Shown here one piece after another: positions 20,331 through 31,516 of a stretch of DNA of 64,000 bases. How positions within the stretch are numbered: the stretch's first letter is position 1; every line of letters starts with the position of its first letter. A program made the position numbers and the translations under genes. The notes under the pieces were generated by a model that saw only the letters and a list, made by a program, of their open reading frames with translations, searched no databases and had not been told where the DNA came from. This DNA is from an uncultured Phycisphaerales bacterium (GTDB lineage Bacteria; Planctomycetota; Phycisphaerae; Tepidisphaerales; Tepidisphaeraceae), in the NCBI GenBank assembly GCA_963755915.1, contig CAVWLP010000003.1, positions 1,120,001-1,184,000 on the forward strand, written 5' to 3'.

Positions 20331-22202
20331 CGTGCGGGCTGCCATCGACCCACATGTGTAGCTTTATGGTGAATTCGCCGTCTCCGTTTTTGATTATAAT
20401 TGGATCGCAACCGTTCTGTCCCGGCGGATTCTGGGCCCAGGACGTGACATAAACCGCTAGTGTCGCCTGTTGATGGGAAACCAGGTGATATGAGCCTTTG
20501 ATTTCATAGTTGTTCAGGGCCGCAACATGATCGGAGCTGCCACGGATTTCCTGGATGGTGAGACTGTCGCCGGAATTGAAATACGTTTGACCAATTTTGA
20601 ACGGCACTTCGTGGCTCAAGTCCTGCGGGAGCGCGGGGGGAAGGGCTTATGGGGCGGATTGATGCCTGTCATGCTCAAATAGGCCAGATGATGGTTCTGG
20701 ACAAGACGTTCAGCTTGATATTGCGCATAAAAGTACATACCCACCGATACGTCTGGGGATGCGGCCGATAGTGCCAGGACCGTGACCCTTTGCTGAGACT
20801 CCGGCATGTCTTCCAGACGCCGATCAATCTCGTGCCAGGAACTCGGTGCGCCGTCGCTGGTCAGGCTGCCATTGGCACTGACCGTGAGGTCGACGAACAG
20901 ATGCTCGGCTTTCTTTGTGTGCTGATCAATTTCGTGCTGGGCAGCCGCGACTCTAACGTTGGTCGCATCCAATTTCTGCTTAAGCCTTAATATGTCGGGG
21001 TCCTGATCGTCGTCGCCCTGGGCCTGCATTGCCGCCAGCTTTTGCTCTATCGCGCGTTGCTCATCGGTTAACACGTTAAGTTGCAATTCCAGCTCGCTGC
21101 GAATCTGGTTGTCGGAAGATTTTTCGTCGTTGAGAATCTCGGATTGAACAATGTCCGATTGGGTTGTCGCAGGACCTTGAACCTGTGATTGGCCATGCGT
21201 GACCGACGGCCAATAGAGTGGAGCCCAAATGCACAGGACAGCGATTACTGCGACGAGCAAGGAAGCCATCCAGCCGCCGCGCGTTTGGGGTTCGCCGAGG
21301 AGGCGCCTGACCCGACGGAGGAGCGAGCCTCCTGAAGCCGCGGGGACGGCGCGGAGGGTGCGCCTGGATTCCAGGGCAACGAGCGCCGAAGCGCAAGTCA
21401 CCCGCCCGCAAACTGCGGCGGCGACATCGTCGCAGCAGTTTTCCCGCTCGCGGCGAATCTGCGAGGAAATCCACCAGACGGCCGGGTGATAGAAGAAGAT
21501 CGTCTCAATCGCGATCTGGACCAGATTCACCGCGTAATCGCAGCGACGAATATGGGCCAGCTCGTGCGCCAGAATGGCTTCGGCATGATCGATCGACATC
21601 TCGTTGAGCATCGCAAAGGGAATGACAATCACCGGGCGAAACATTCCGATGACCGCCGGAACGTCGAGCCGCCTTGAGGCGACGAGCTGCACGGTGCGCC
21701 GGATGCCAAGCTTGGCGGCAATGCGCTTCATCGCACGCGTCCAGAGTTGATCGGTGATTTCCTCGCCACGGGCTTTTCGACGAATGCTCAGCATCGAGGC
21801 GCTTTGCCAGGCGAACTGCAAGCATAAACCGAAAGCCCAGAGGGATACGACAATCGGCAAAAGCCGCGGCAGGTCTATCGGCTCGGATGAAACGGTGCGG
21901 ATCGACGGCGCTTGCAACGGGGGCGGATTTTCGACTACCTGGCGGAAACCGGTGTCCGCAGACAATTTCAGCGCGGCCGCGGGATAATAGATTGCAAAAG
22001 TGGCAATCGAAGCCGCCACCACGGCCAGCAGCGTTGCGCAAGCGAAAATATATCGCAGGTTGGAAAACGCAGCGGAGCCTCGGCCGCGCAGCGGCAGGAG
22101 AACAATTGCCAATATTGCCGCCGCCAGAGTCCCCTGCCAGAGGCTGTGGACGAGCATCCAGCCGAGCGCATCGACGAAACCCGATTGTGAAAGCGCATTC
22201 AT
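20236..22202 (-). CDS. BlaR1/M56 family metallopeptidase; 20236-20619 is probably a frameshift-separated C-terminal domain
   Basis: LGWMLVHSLWQG, HELAH zinc motif, FFYHPAVWW, ERENCCD. Confidence 0.85.
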
Positions 22203-22580
22203 GGTTTGGTCCTTTCGCTGCTTTGCGCCCGTTCGATGAGGCGGCGCATTTCCTGGAGTTCTTCCGGCGAGGCGCTGGACGGAAAGCGCGGCGAGAAGCA
22301 GCTTGCTGGCACTTCCGCCAAATGCACGATTGAGCAGGTCTCCAGTAATTTGCCGCAGCGTTCGCGATTCCGCTTCGGCGGCGCGATAGACGTGCGAGCG
22401 CTGGTCTTCGTTTCGGACGACCAGGCCCTTTTCGGCCATGATCTGAAGGAGTTTGAGGACAGTGGTGTAGCCGGTTTTTTCGGGCATTTCGCCGAGCACC
22501 TGGCGGACGGTGCTGGGGCCGCGGCGCCAGAGGATGGAAAGAATGGCGATCTCGGATTCTGTCGGTTTGGGAACGGGCAT
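22199..22580 (-). CDS. BlaI/MecI/CopY family repressor; frameshift near 22280
   Basis: PTESEIAIL.ILW..GPSTVRQV, GYTTVLKLLQIM.EKGLV, FGGS; tail SPEELQEMRRLIE is in the 22199 frame. Confidence 0.88.
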
Positions 22581-22586
22581 GGGGGC

Positions 22587-22628
22587 AATGTACGATAAGT
22601 TTCGTATATGTCAACGAAAATGTTCGTA
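22587..22628 (-). promoter_or_regulatory. BlaI-type tandem operators overlapping a sigma70 promoter
   Basis: tacga-N6-tcgta (22591-22606) and aacga-N6-tcgta (22613-22628); minus strand TTGACA-N16-TACATT ending 6 nt before the ATG. Confidence 0.65.
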
Positions 22629-22658
22629 GGACCGGGGGCATCCAAGGCATCCGGGAAA

Positions 22659-23866
22659 TCAGTCGCGATTAAGGACAATCGTCGGCCAGGAATCGGTGGA
22701 CGTGGCCTGGAGTTGCCCGGCGACGGACCAGCCGGGGTAAATGGATTCGTCGATCAACAGCCGCATTGGGCTTGTCGGCGGCGTGCTGAGGAACCCTGCG
22801 GGGATGTCGGGGGCAAAACTGCGGCGCATCAGGATGAATGGCTGATCCGAAGTCAGATCGCCGGCGATCGACGTTGGCCGGCCGGAGGCGTCGCAGTCGA
22901 GAAGCAATTGTACAGACTTGGCCTGCGATTCATCAGAAAAAATCGGATGAACTTCGCCGCCGACCGGCAGGGCAAAGTGCGCCGGGCGATGGGAGGTCTG
23001 GAATAGCCAGTCATCTTCGATCGCCGCGGGGCCACTCAGGCGGATGATTCCGGATTGAGCGAAGATCGGAGATTGATGCTGGTTTTCCAGATGGAAACCG
23101 GCGATGGCGAGGATGGAAGCGGCCACGATGGCAACGGAGGTCCAGCGCCGGCGCAGGAGGGAAATGCCGACGATGACGAGGAAATAAATGAGGCCAAGGC
23201 CGACGATGTGCTTTCGGAAAGCGGCGGTTCGGCCGGCAATCCAGCCGTAGGTCGGGAGATAGGCGGCGGGGCATACGACGGGAGGCAGATTCAGATTTGG
23301 CGAGGCGGTCCACCACGATCCGTCCTGGACCCAGGGAAACAAATCGTCCGGCTTGGCGCCGGTGAGAACGGCCAGCTCAACGCCCTCGGCAAAAAGCGAA
23401 GTGCGCATGTCGATGGATATTTTGGTGTAGCTGTCGGGCGTGAGGAGGATGGCGTCGGCGGATTCCCACGCCATCGCCGGGCCCGTCAGTTCTTCTGGAT
23501 CGAGTGGGACGGTCACAAGCCGGCGATTGGGAAAAAGTTCGCTGGGATCTGCTTCCTGGGTAATTGTATCGATTACCAGCAAATCGGAGGGATCGAGAGG
23601 CTGGAGCGCGCCAAGGCTGGCATGGGACGTTGGACCCGGAGTTGCGCTATAGACGATCCAGGGAAACAGGCCCCATGGATTGCCGGCGGGATGGGCGGCG
23701 AGGTCATCGCGCCGGGAGCACTGATTTGGATGTCGCTGCCGCTGTCGGGGACGTCCCATTTCACGGGCATGGCGCGGCCGGGGTGGTAATAGCCTTGCAG
23801 GGGGAGCGAGAGGGCCTGGGCGGCGGCTGCGGAGAGAAGGACGAGGATCGCGGGAATGATTCTCAC
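22659..23866 (-). CDS. Hypothetical exported/membrane protein; frameshift near 23690
   Basis: Signal peptide VRIIPAILVLLSAAAAQA in one frame; remainder with two TM segments in 22659-23759. Confidence 0.6.
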
Positions 23867-23913
23867 GGTTGGAATTCTATGTTTGCCCCCTACCGCATGC
23901 AGGCCAAGCTGGA

Positions 23914-25829
23914 TCACAATCCGATTTCCGTCGCGAGCCGCAGGACCTCGGCGACGCTCCAGGCCTGGCGCATGCGCCGACCCGTCGGTGTGGCTCGTCC
24001 GCTTCGAAGATTTCGCCGATCTGGCCGATGCATCCGCGCTGCATGTGCTCGAAAAGCGGCTGTAGCCAGCGGCGGGCCTGATCGACCGCCCAGTCGGCGC
24101 GGTCGTTGACTTTCAGATAAGCATCCAGAAAACCGCCAATGAGCCAGGGCCAGACGGTGCCGTTGTGGTAGGCGCCGTCGCGGTCCTTGGGAGGGCCCGC
24201 GTAGCGGCCGCGATATCCGGGGTCGCCGCGGGAAAGCGTGCGCAGGCCGTAGGGCGTGAGAAGCTCGCGGCGGACGACTTCGACAACGGCCAGCTGCTGC
24301 TGGCGATTCAGCGGGCTATTGGGAAGGCTCACCGCGAAAATCTGGTTTGGACGGATCGCCAGGTCGCGGCGAGAGCCGTCGACTACATCCGCCAGGCCGC
24401 GGAAGGGGCTGATCCAGAAGGTCTTTCGAAAACTCTCGGCGACACGATCGGCTCGGGTATTGTCGCCGGTGAGACACAGGGCGTGATACCAGAGGGCGTT
24501 GATTTCGACAGGTTTGCCCTGCCGCGGCGTGAAGCAGATGTTGTTCCACTTCGCATCCATCCACGTAAGCTGCGTGTTGGCGTCGCCCTGGCGGACCAGC
24601 CCGTCGGCGGGATCGACCCCGATGTTGTAACGCGTGCCCTGCGTGTATCCCTTGATGATGGCGTTGCAGGCGGGGCGGAAGATTTTTTCAAACGTCTGCG
24701 TGTCTTTTGAAAGGCGCAGATATTCAAAGGCCGCGTGGATGAACCAGAGGCTGGCGTCGACGGTGTTGTAGCTGGGCTGGTTGGTGTAGTCGTCGAAACG
24801 GTTGGGGATCATCCCCTCGCTGATGTACTTGGCGAAAACCGAAAGCACCTGGCGGGCTTCTTCGAATCGCCCGGGATGAAGCAGAAGGCCGGGCAGCGAA
24901 ATCATCGTGTCGCGGCCCCAGTCGGCGAACCAGGGATAGCCGGCGATAATGGTGTGGCCAGGCTGGCCATCCGGAGTTTTACGGACGACGATGAAATCAT
25001 TGGCGGCGTGGGTGAGGCGGCGCATCGTCGGCGAGGCCTTGGGATCAGATTTCTCCGCCTCCCGGCGGCGCTGAAGCTCGGTCTCCCAATCGACCTGCTC
25101 CATCGGCTCGGCGCCGGCCCAGAAGGTGATGGCGGTGGTTTTGCTCACTTCGACCGTGAACCGGCCGGGCTTGTAGAGGTCTTCGCGATCGTCCAGGCCG
25201 CGCTCGGTTTCGATTGCATAGGTCTGGCCGTACCACCAGTCGGGCTCGGGCTCGAAATAGCCGGCGTCAGCGGAGATCGTCAGCGTGTTTGGGCCCAGGC
25301 CGACGGAGCATTTACGCTGGCCGTGCGATTCGACGAAGTCTGCCTTTTCGCGGCGCAGCGCATGGAAATCCATCATGCGAACGAAGGGAAGAACGGAGAA
25401 TTCCACCAGGTTTTTTCCCGGGTCGATGGTGTAGCGGATTCCGGTGGCGTTTTTTCCCCAGGCCAACTGGATTTCTTTGCTGATGCGGATCCCTTCGACT
25501 TCGTATTCCCAGCGGGCGAGTGCGATATCGAGGTCGAATCGGCGGAGATAGCGGTCGCCGCGGGGGTGGAATTTGTCTGCGAACTGGTTGATGGAGAGCT
25601 CGCAGGGGAGGGACTTGCCGCGGATTTTCAGGATTTCACCGACGCGGTTGAGCATCATGAACCGGCCGACGGGAGGCAGGAGCGCGGCACAGAGGAGGCC
25701 GTGGTAGCGGCGTGCGTTGCAGCCGACGATGGTTCCCGAGGCGAAGGCGCCGATGCCGTTGGTGAGGAGCCACTCTTCCTGCAGATGGGGGCGGAGTTCG
25801 CCGTAGGTTTCGATGGAATACAACGGCAT
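23914..25829 (-). CDS. Glycogen debranching enzyme (amylo-alpha-1,6-glucosidase); frameshift near the C-terminus
   Basis: EWLLTNGIG, IAGYPWFADWGRDTMISLPGL, TWMDAK, YHNGTVWPWL; QAWSVAEVLR tail in a shifted frame. Confidence 0.92.
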
Positions 25830-25919
25830 AGGTGGGGCAGTGTGTGATCTGGGAAGGTCAAATGCAACCTTGACAGCGGTAAGCGGTTTCGGAATGATTC
25901 GGGTTTGGCATTGTTTCGA

Positions 25920-25993
<74 letters not shown>

Positions 25994-26042
25994 TTAGGCA
26001 CAGCAAGGACTTACAGCTGTCCCTGTGTCTGCTAACCACCGT

Positions 26043-26066
26043 TCCGTACTAAACTCCGTACTAAAC
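26043..26066. repeat. Tandem 12-bp direct repeat, candidate integrase arm-type sites
   Basis: tccgtactaaac x2 between the tRNA and the integrase. Confidence 0.55.
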
Positions 26067-26162
26067 TCATGCCCTCGCTGAAAAAAAATCAGCCGAGGGC
26101 CGAGGGTGCCAGACCTTGCGGTCGAGCCTTTTTTTCAAGGCTCTTTTGACTGGAGGTTTGGT

Positions 26163-27215
26163 ATGTCGCGTCCGAACAAAATCTGGTTCCGCAAAGACAT
26201 TGGCTGGTGGATGGTCACCGTCGCCGGCCAGAGAATCCGTCTGGCCCAGGGCCGGGCCAACCGCAAGGTCGCCCAGCATAAATTCCACGAGCTGGCCATC
26301 GAGCGAACACAGGCGCCGGAGGCCCCCACCGCCCGCGTAGCCGATGTCATCGAGCCCTTCCTCGCGTGGGCGAAAATCCATCGCTCGGCTGATACCAACC
26401 GCAACTATCGCTGGTATGGCCAGCAATTCTCTGAGCACTCGGGCTATCTGCTGGTTTCCGAACTCAAACCCATCCACCTGACCCGCTGGCTGGACGAGAA
26501 GGGATGGAACGAGACGACGAACCGCAACGCCCGCCGGTCGATTCACCGGGCCTTTTCGTGGGCTTGCGAGGAAGGCATCCTGCATCGCAACCCGCTCCAC
26601 GGCATGAAATGCCCCCGAGCGACGCCCCGCAACCGCATCATGAGCAACGAGGAATATCGTTCGCTCCTGCGAAACAGCCGCAGTGATTTCCGGCTCCTGC
26701 TTTTCGTGTTGAAAGAGACCGGTTGCCGCCCCATCGAGGCACGCATGCTACGCTGGGACCAGGTGAAGGAGGACAGATGGGTCCTGCAGGAACACAAAAC
26801 GGCCTACAAAGTCCAAAGGCCCCGCGTAATCTATCTAACCCCACCCATGCGAAAACTCATGGTGATATTGCGCCGTCGCAGCACTACACCCCATGTCTTC
26901 CTGAACGCCCGCGGAGTCTCCTGGACTCGAAACGCTGTCGTGCAGCGTTTGAACCGGCTTAAGGAAAAACTCGATCTGGCGCCGGATCTGTGCACCTACA
27001 TGCTCCGCCACTCTTTTGGCACCACCGCCATCCTTAACGGCGTGGACGTTGCGACCGTGGCGGAACTGATGGGACATCGGAGTCTCGAAATGGTTTCGCG
27101 GGTGTACTTGCATTTGGCGGGCGAACACGCACACCTCACCGCCGCCGTGGAAAAAGCTACACGGCCTGTCGGTCCTTCCAGGCCTGCGCCAGTCGCTCCC
27201 CATCAAGGTGGGTAA
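26163..27215 (+). CDS. Tyrosine recombinase/integrase
   Basis: TGCRPIE (R), HKT (K), YMLRHS, LMGH, VY catalytic set; directly downstream of a tRNA. Confidence 0.93.
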   Translation: MSRPNKIWFRKDIGWWMVTVAGQRIRLAQGRANRKVAQHKFHELAIERTQAPEAPTARVADVIEPFLAWAKIHRSADTNRNYRWYGQQFSEHSGYLLVSELKPIHLTRWLDEKGWNETTNRNARRSIHRAFSWACEEGILHRNPLHGMKCPRATPRNRIMSNEEYRSLLRNSRSDFRLLLFVLKETGCRPIEARMLRWDQVKEDRWVLQEHKTAYKVQRPRVIYLTPPMRKLMVILRRRSTTPHVFLNARGVSWTRNAVVQRLNRLKEKLDLAPDLCTYMLRHSFGTTAILNGVDVATVAELMGHRSLEMVSRVYLHLAGEHAHLTAAVEKATRPVGPSRPAPVAPHQGG

Positions 27216-27417
27216 AGACGCCGTTTGGAGCAGAGTGGGTGAGGGCAGGGGATTGCACGGCCCGTGCCTGATACTGTGCCAGAGCATCCTCGCGGATGCG
27301 GATGGTCCCCCGCCCCAGGCCATAGCGCTCGTGCTCAAGTTTTCCTTGAGCACAGAGCGCGTAGATCAGGCCTTGCGAGACATTCAGGATTTCAGCCGCA
27401 CCCTTAACGGTAAGCAT
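27157..27417 (-). CDS. Excisionase-like HTH protein
   Basis: MLTVKGAAEILNVSQGLIYAL...G.GRGTIRI; convergent with and overlapping the integrase. Confidence 0.8.
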   Translation of the reverse strand: MLTVKGAAEILNVSQGLIYALCAQGKLEHERYGLGRGTIRIREDALAQYQARAVQSPALTHSAPNGVFTHLDGERLAQAWKDRQAV

Positions 27418-27570
27418 GATATCACTCGCATGGAAAATCTACGCCGATGCGCCGGGGCAGGGGGCAGTTATCTGGGACATGGGCTCACGCGCCCGCGAGG
27501 CCGCCGGGGAGGTGGACCGGTTGTTCCGCGAGCTGGTGCCGGATGCGATCAAGGGTGCCAGCCGGCGGCG

Positions 27571-28095
27571 TCATGCGGCAACAGCGTAAAGGAGAATAAC
27601 TGCCTCCTCTTCTTCGTTGGTAAAGCCGGTCACGCGTTTACCGTTGACCAGCGGCTCGCCCTGGTACTTCACATGGCGCAGCACTCCGGGCGAATGGCAG
27701 ACGAGCGCGATCGGCTTGCCGGAATTGTAGAACGATTCAAGAAGCGCGATCGAGACCGGGCTTTCGGCCAGGTCCCACATGGGTCCGTGGCCTCCGACAT
27801 AAAACACGGTGTCGAAGTTTTCGGATTTGGCGTCGGCGAGCTTGACGGTATTGGCCAGCGCCTTCTGTGCATCCTCATCGCGCTTGAAGCGGGACATCGC
27901 CGGGGTCTGATTTTCGGGTAAATCGCTCTTGGGATCGACCGGAGGCTGTCCACCCTTGGGAGAGGCGAGGGTCAGATCGACGCCTGCGTCCCTGAAGACG
28001 AAATAGGGTGCCGCAAATTCCTCCAGCCAGAATCCGGTCTTTCGGCCCGTGTTACCCAATTGATCGTGCGACGTTAGCACCATAAGAATTTTCAT
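27571..28095 (-). pseudogene. DJ-1/PfpI (type 1 glutamine amidotransferase-like) protein, C-terminally truncated
   Basis: TGFWLEEFAAPY, GGHGPMWDL, VCHSP nucleophile elbow; ends shortly after VTGFTNEEE. Confidence 0.78.
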
Positions 28096-28215
28096 AGCCT
28101 GTCTCCTTTGGTTTGAGTGCGAATCACAACGATGCTCAGGTTATGAACCGCAAGGAGAAGAAACCATTGGACGAAGGTATCGAAGATACCAAGGTATAGG
28201 TTGGGCCGTGGCCTG

Positions 28216-28398
28216 GAGCGTTTTGCATCTGACCGTAGCGTCTGCGTTGCGTTCCAAGGGGTCGGATGCAAGGAAGAGCGACGAAGCGGGTTTGAATAGA
28301 CCCGTTGAGGAGCGATGACGCCGCAGGCGACCCCTTGGAACGCAACCCGAAGGGCCGCCGTAGGCGGCGCAGACGCTACGGTCAGATGCAAATCGCTC
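28216..28398. mobile_element. MITE-like palindromic element
   Basis: Perfect 25-bp IR (28222-28246 / 28368-28392) plus nested 18-bp IR (28247-28264 / 28328-28345). Confidence 0.75.
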
Positions 28399-29836
28399 TA
28401 ATTGGGCAGAACGGCTGCTTCAGTCTGAGGAGGAGGATCAGCTTTTTCGAAAAACAAATGTTTGGATTTAATAATCTCAGCGGCCTTCTCTGGCACCATC
28501 GTTTCCCATGTGGCGTCTCGTTCGACCATGCGACGGCTCACATCTTGAGGATCGATTGACAGGAACGCTTCGTCCGAGGGACGAAGGCCTTCCAATCGGC
28601 CCAGCTCTCGAAGCAGTTGGAAGAGGTGCTGCCAGGAGCTTGGCACGACAACGTCGTCGATGGTTTCGATCTTGCCGCTTTTTGGATCGCGGGCGGGATA
28701 GACATATATTTTCACCGACCGCTTGAAGAGACGACCCATTCCTTCAAGAACCCCTCCAGCAAGGCCGGCGAAGAATTGCTCTTCGACGAATTTCCTGGCT
28801 GTCGGCAGGACGACCGCAACGCCGATCGGCTTGTCGGTATAGGCGGCCAAATACTCGGCCACCTGGTAATTCAGCTCAAAGTGGGAAATCAGCACGTCAA
28901 ACCCCAGGGCGCCAAGTATGTCGGCGCGGGCGAGAAAATCCGCGTGTCCCATCGCAGACGGCTGATTAAGATTCCGGGACGACATCTCGGCCAGAACCAC
29001 CGGCTGCTCTCCTTCGACACCCGGTTGCTTCAAAAAAGCCTCGCGCGCACGTTCCAGCAGATCGACTTCAAGTTTAGTGGCCGGGCGAAAACTGCCTCGT
29101 TCAATCAGAATCGGTTTCTTGTAAAGCACCTCGGACGGCTGAACGACTTCACCATCAGCCGTGAACATCGCCGCGTCGGTAAACTTATTCTCGACGAGTT
29201 GAAGGCTCATCAACCGATTGTCGACTCCGGCGAATCCCGGACCGGCGAATTTGATCATGTCGATTTCGATTCGCTCGCGAGACAGCTCGTCCATCAGCCC
29301 GGCTATGAGCTCTACAGGACTATCGTGGCGCAAACATGCGCCAAAAATCAGATTAACACCCAGGATGCCAAGCGCGTCCTGTTCGCGATCGGCGCAATAT
29401 CAAGCAGGTGAGCGTGAAGGGTTATTTGCGACGGCTCTTCGCGAGGTTGTGTCTGGAAGCGAATGCCGATCCATCCATGACCATGTTCTGAGCTCTGAAA
29501 GCGCCGAGTGGCGACCGTGTCGGCGAACGCGAAAAAACGTCGGCTTTCACCCGCCTTGTCCTTCAGTTGATCCGATACCATCGCGAATTCGTAATCGAGC
29601 ATCGAATTGAGACGCTTGCGGCTGACAAATGGTTTGGCCGCACCGTAAATCCGATCGCTGATGGCCATGTCGTAGGCGGAGATCGTTTTGGCGACTGTTC
29701 CGGCCGCGCCTCCGACCCTGAAAAACCAGCGTGCCACCTCCTGGCCACCGCCGATTTCGGCGATCGAGCCGTAGGTCTTGGCGTCAAGATTCAATGCCAG
29801 TGCCTTCTGGTGAGTGGTGAGCTTTGGGGTATCCAT
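28398..29836 (-). CDS. Conserved protein of unknown function with nucleotidyltransferase-like C-terminal half; frameshift near 29375
   Basis: YGSIAEIGGGQEVARWFF..GGAAGTVAKTISAYDM; ERGSFRP.T resembles the GSFxP motif preceding HIGH; split across two ORFs. Confidence 0.7.
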
Positions 29837-29846
29837 CTTTGAACTC

Positions 29847-31478
29847 CTAATGATCGCTCGAAGGTCCCCAGCCGCCGCCAAGGGCGCGGTAGACATTGAT
29901 CAGATCCAGCGCCACATTCCCCTGCGCGACTGCAAGCTGGTCCTGCACGGATACCTGAGACCCTTGCAGCTCAAAAACGGTCGTGAAATTGGTCGTGCCG
30001 CCCTGATATTGCCCGACACCTACCTGAGTTGCATCGGTCGCGGCCGCAACGCTTTGACTCAAAGCGTCGACTTGCTGGCGCGTACGGACGAAGGCTCGCA
30101 AAGATGTCTGCACTTCCTGGGCAGCCGTCAGCACCAGATTCTGATAGGCGGCAACAAGCTCCTGCGTTTTGGCCTGCTGAAGGTGGACATTGTTCTCAAT
30201 GCGCCCGTAATTGAGAATATTCCATTGAAAGCCGGGTGATATGGTCCCGAAGAAACTTTTAGACTCGAACAATTTATCGAGGTCGGCCGCCTGCCAGCCC
30301 AGCGAGCCGTCGATGGAAAATGACGGGTAGAGATCGGCCTCGGCGACTCCAATGAGGGCACTTTGCGCCGCGACTTGTCGTTCGGCGCTGCGAATGTCCG
30401 GCCGGCGCCGCAGCAAGTCGGCTGGGATTCCCGTGGCTACCCATGCCGGAACACTGGCCATCGGATCGGCGCCAAGCCGGGTTCCCTCCCCCAAATCGGC
30501 GCTGAGATCGCGCGGCGGAATGCCCAGCAACGTACAGAGCTGGTCGTTGGCCTGGCCGAGAGTAATTTCAAGAGCCGGAATGTCGGAACGCGTTTGCTCG
30601 AGCAGGGTTCGCGCTTGCGCGACATCGAGCCGCGTCGCGGTGCCGACTTTGAATCGCTGGTCCGCGAGAGCGACAATCGACGTCTGGATGCTTACGTTAT
30701 CGCGAGCGATCTCGATCCGCTGCTGGGCGACGCGGTACTGCACGTAGTTTGTTGCCACATCCGCCAGCAAAGTGACCATCGCGGCGTCATAGTCCGCCTC
30801 CGAGGCTTCCATGTTGGCATCCGCAGATTCGATCGCCCGGCGGAATCGGCCCCAAAAATCAAGCTCCCAACTCAGGTTGAAACCTGCCGACCAGTTATCG
30901 TAGTAATTTCCAAGCAGCGGTGGGACGGAGGTTCCATGGGGCAAGGCTGCGCCAATTGCTCCTGGGTTATTAAATTGATTGAAACTGAGGTTGGAGTGGC
31001 TGTACTGCCCCGTCATCTGCTGGGTCTGGGGAAAGAAATTACCGACGGCGATGGCCTGCTCGGCCCTGGCTTCCAGCACGCGCATCCCCGCCTCGCGCAA
31101 GGTGAGGTTTTGCTTGCACGCCGTCTGGATGAGCCAATCGAGTTTTGGGTCCTGAAACACCTGCCACCATTGATCGATTTGGCGTTTTTGAACGGCAGGG
31201 TCTCCGGCGTCGAGCCAGCCATCCGCGACAGACGCCGGCGGCGTTGAATAGTTAGGCCCGACTTTCAGGCCGTGCCGAGTCCAATCGATCGGACTGGTCA
31301 TGCATCCGGTGACTGTCGCAAGCATGCCGATCAGGCTCGTTTTGAAGACACCAGGCAGCAAAGCCCGGCAACGCCGGAAAAAAAAGGCCTCTTGATTATT
31401 GATATGTTGATGCATGACTTCCTCGAGAGGTTGATTCTGTGCGTATGTGTCGCCATTGTGGACTCGTTCCGGGTCCAC
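29847..31478 (-). CDS. Outer-membrane efflux factor (TolC/NodT family lipoprotein)
   Basis: Lipobox-like VTGC..VGPNY, WELDFWGR, LLRRRPDIRSAE, YRALGGGW; start uncertain. Confidence 0.92.
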   Translation of the reverse strand: MDPERVHNGDTYAQNQPLEEVMHQHINNQEAFFFRRCRALLPGVFKTSLIGMLATVTGCMTSPIDWTRHGLKVGPNYSTPPASVADGWLDAGDPAVQKRQIDQWWQVFQDPKLDWLIQTACKQNLTLREAGMRVLEARAEQAIAVGNFFPQTQQMTGQYSHSNLSFNQFNNPGAIGAALPHGTSVPPLLGNYYDNWSAGFNLSWELDFWGRFRRAIESADANMEASEADYDAAMVTLLADVATNYVQYRVAQQRIEIARDNVSIQTSIVALADQRFKVGTATRLDVAQARTLLEQTRSDIPALEITLGQANDQLCTLLGIPPRDLSADLGEGTRLGADPMASVPAWVATGIPADLLRRRPDIRSAERQVAAQSALIGVAEADLYPSFSIDGSLGWQAADLDKLFESKSFFGTISPGFQWNILNYGRIENNVHLQQAKTQELVAAYQNLVLTAAQEVQTSLRAFVRTRQQVDALSQSVAAATDATQVGVGQYQGGTTNFTTVFELQGSQVSVQDQLAVAQGNVALDLINVYRALGGGWGPSSDH

Positions 31479-31516
31479 AAATTCGATTTAGCTGTTGTCG
31501 CGATTGCTCCCCCCCA

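Noticed and set aside
20616-22580. 654-aa BlaI-M56 fusion in the ORF track
   Set aside because: The real BlaI C-terminus lies in another frame and ends at an ATGA overlap (22199-22202), so the fusion is explained by one indel.
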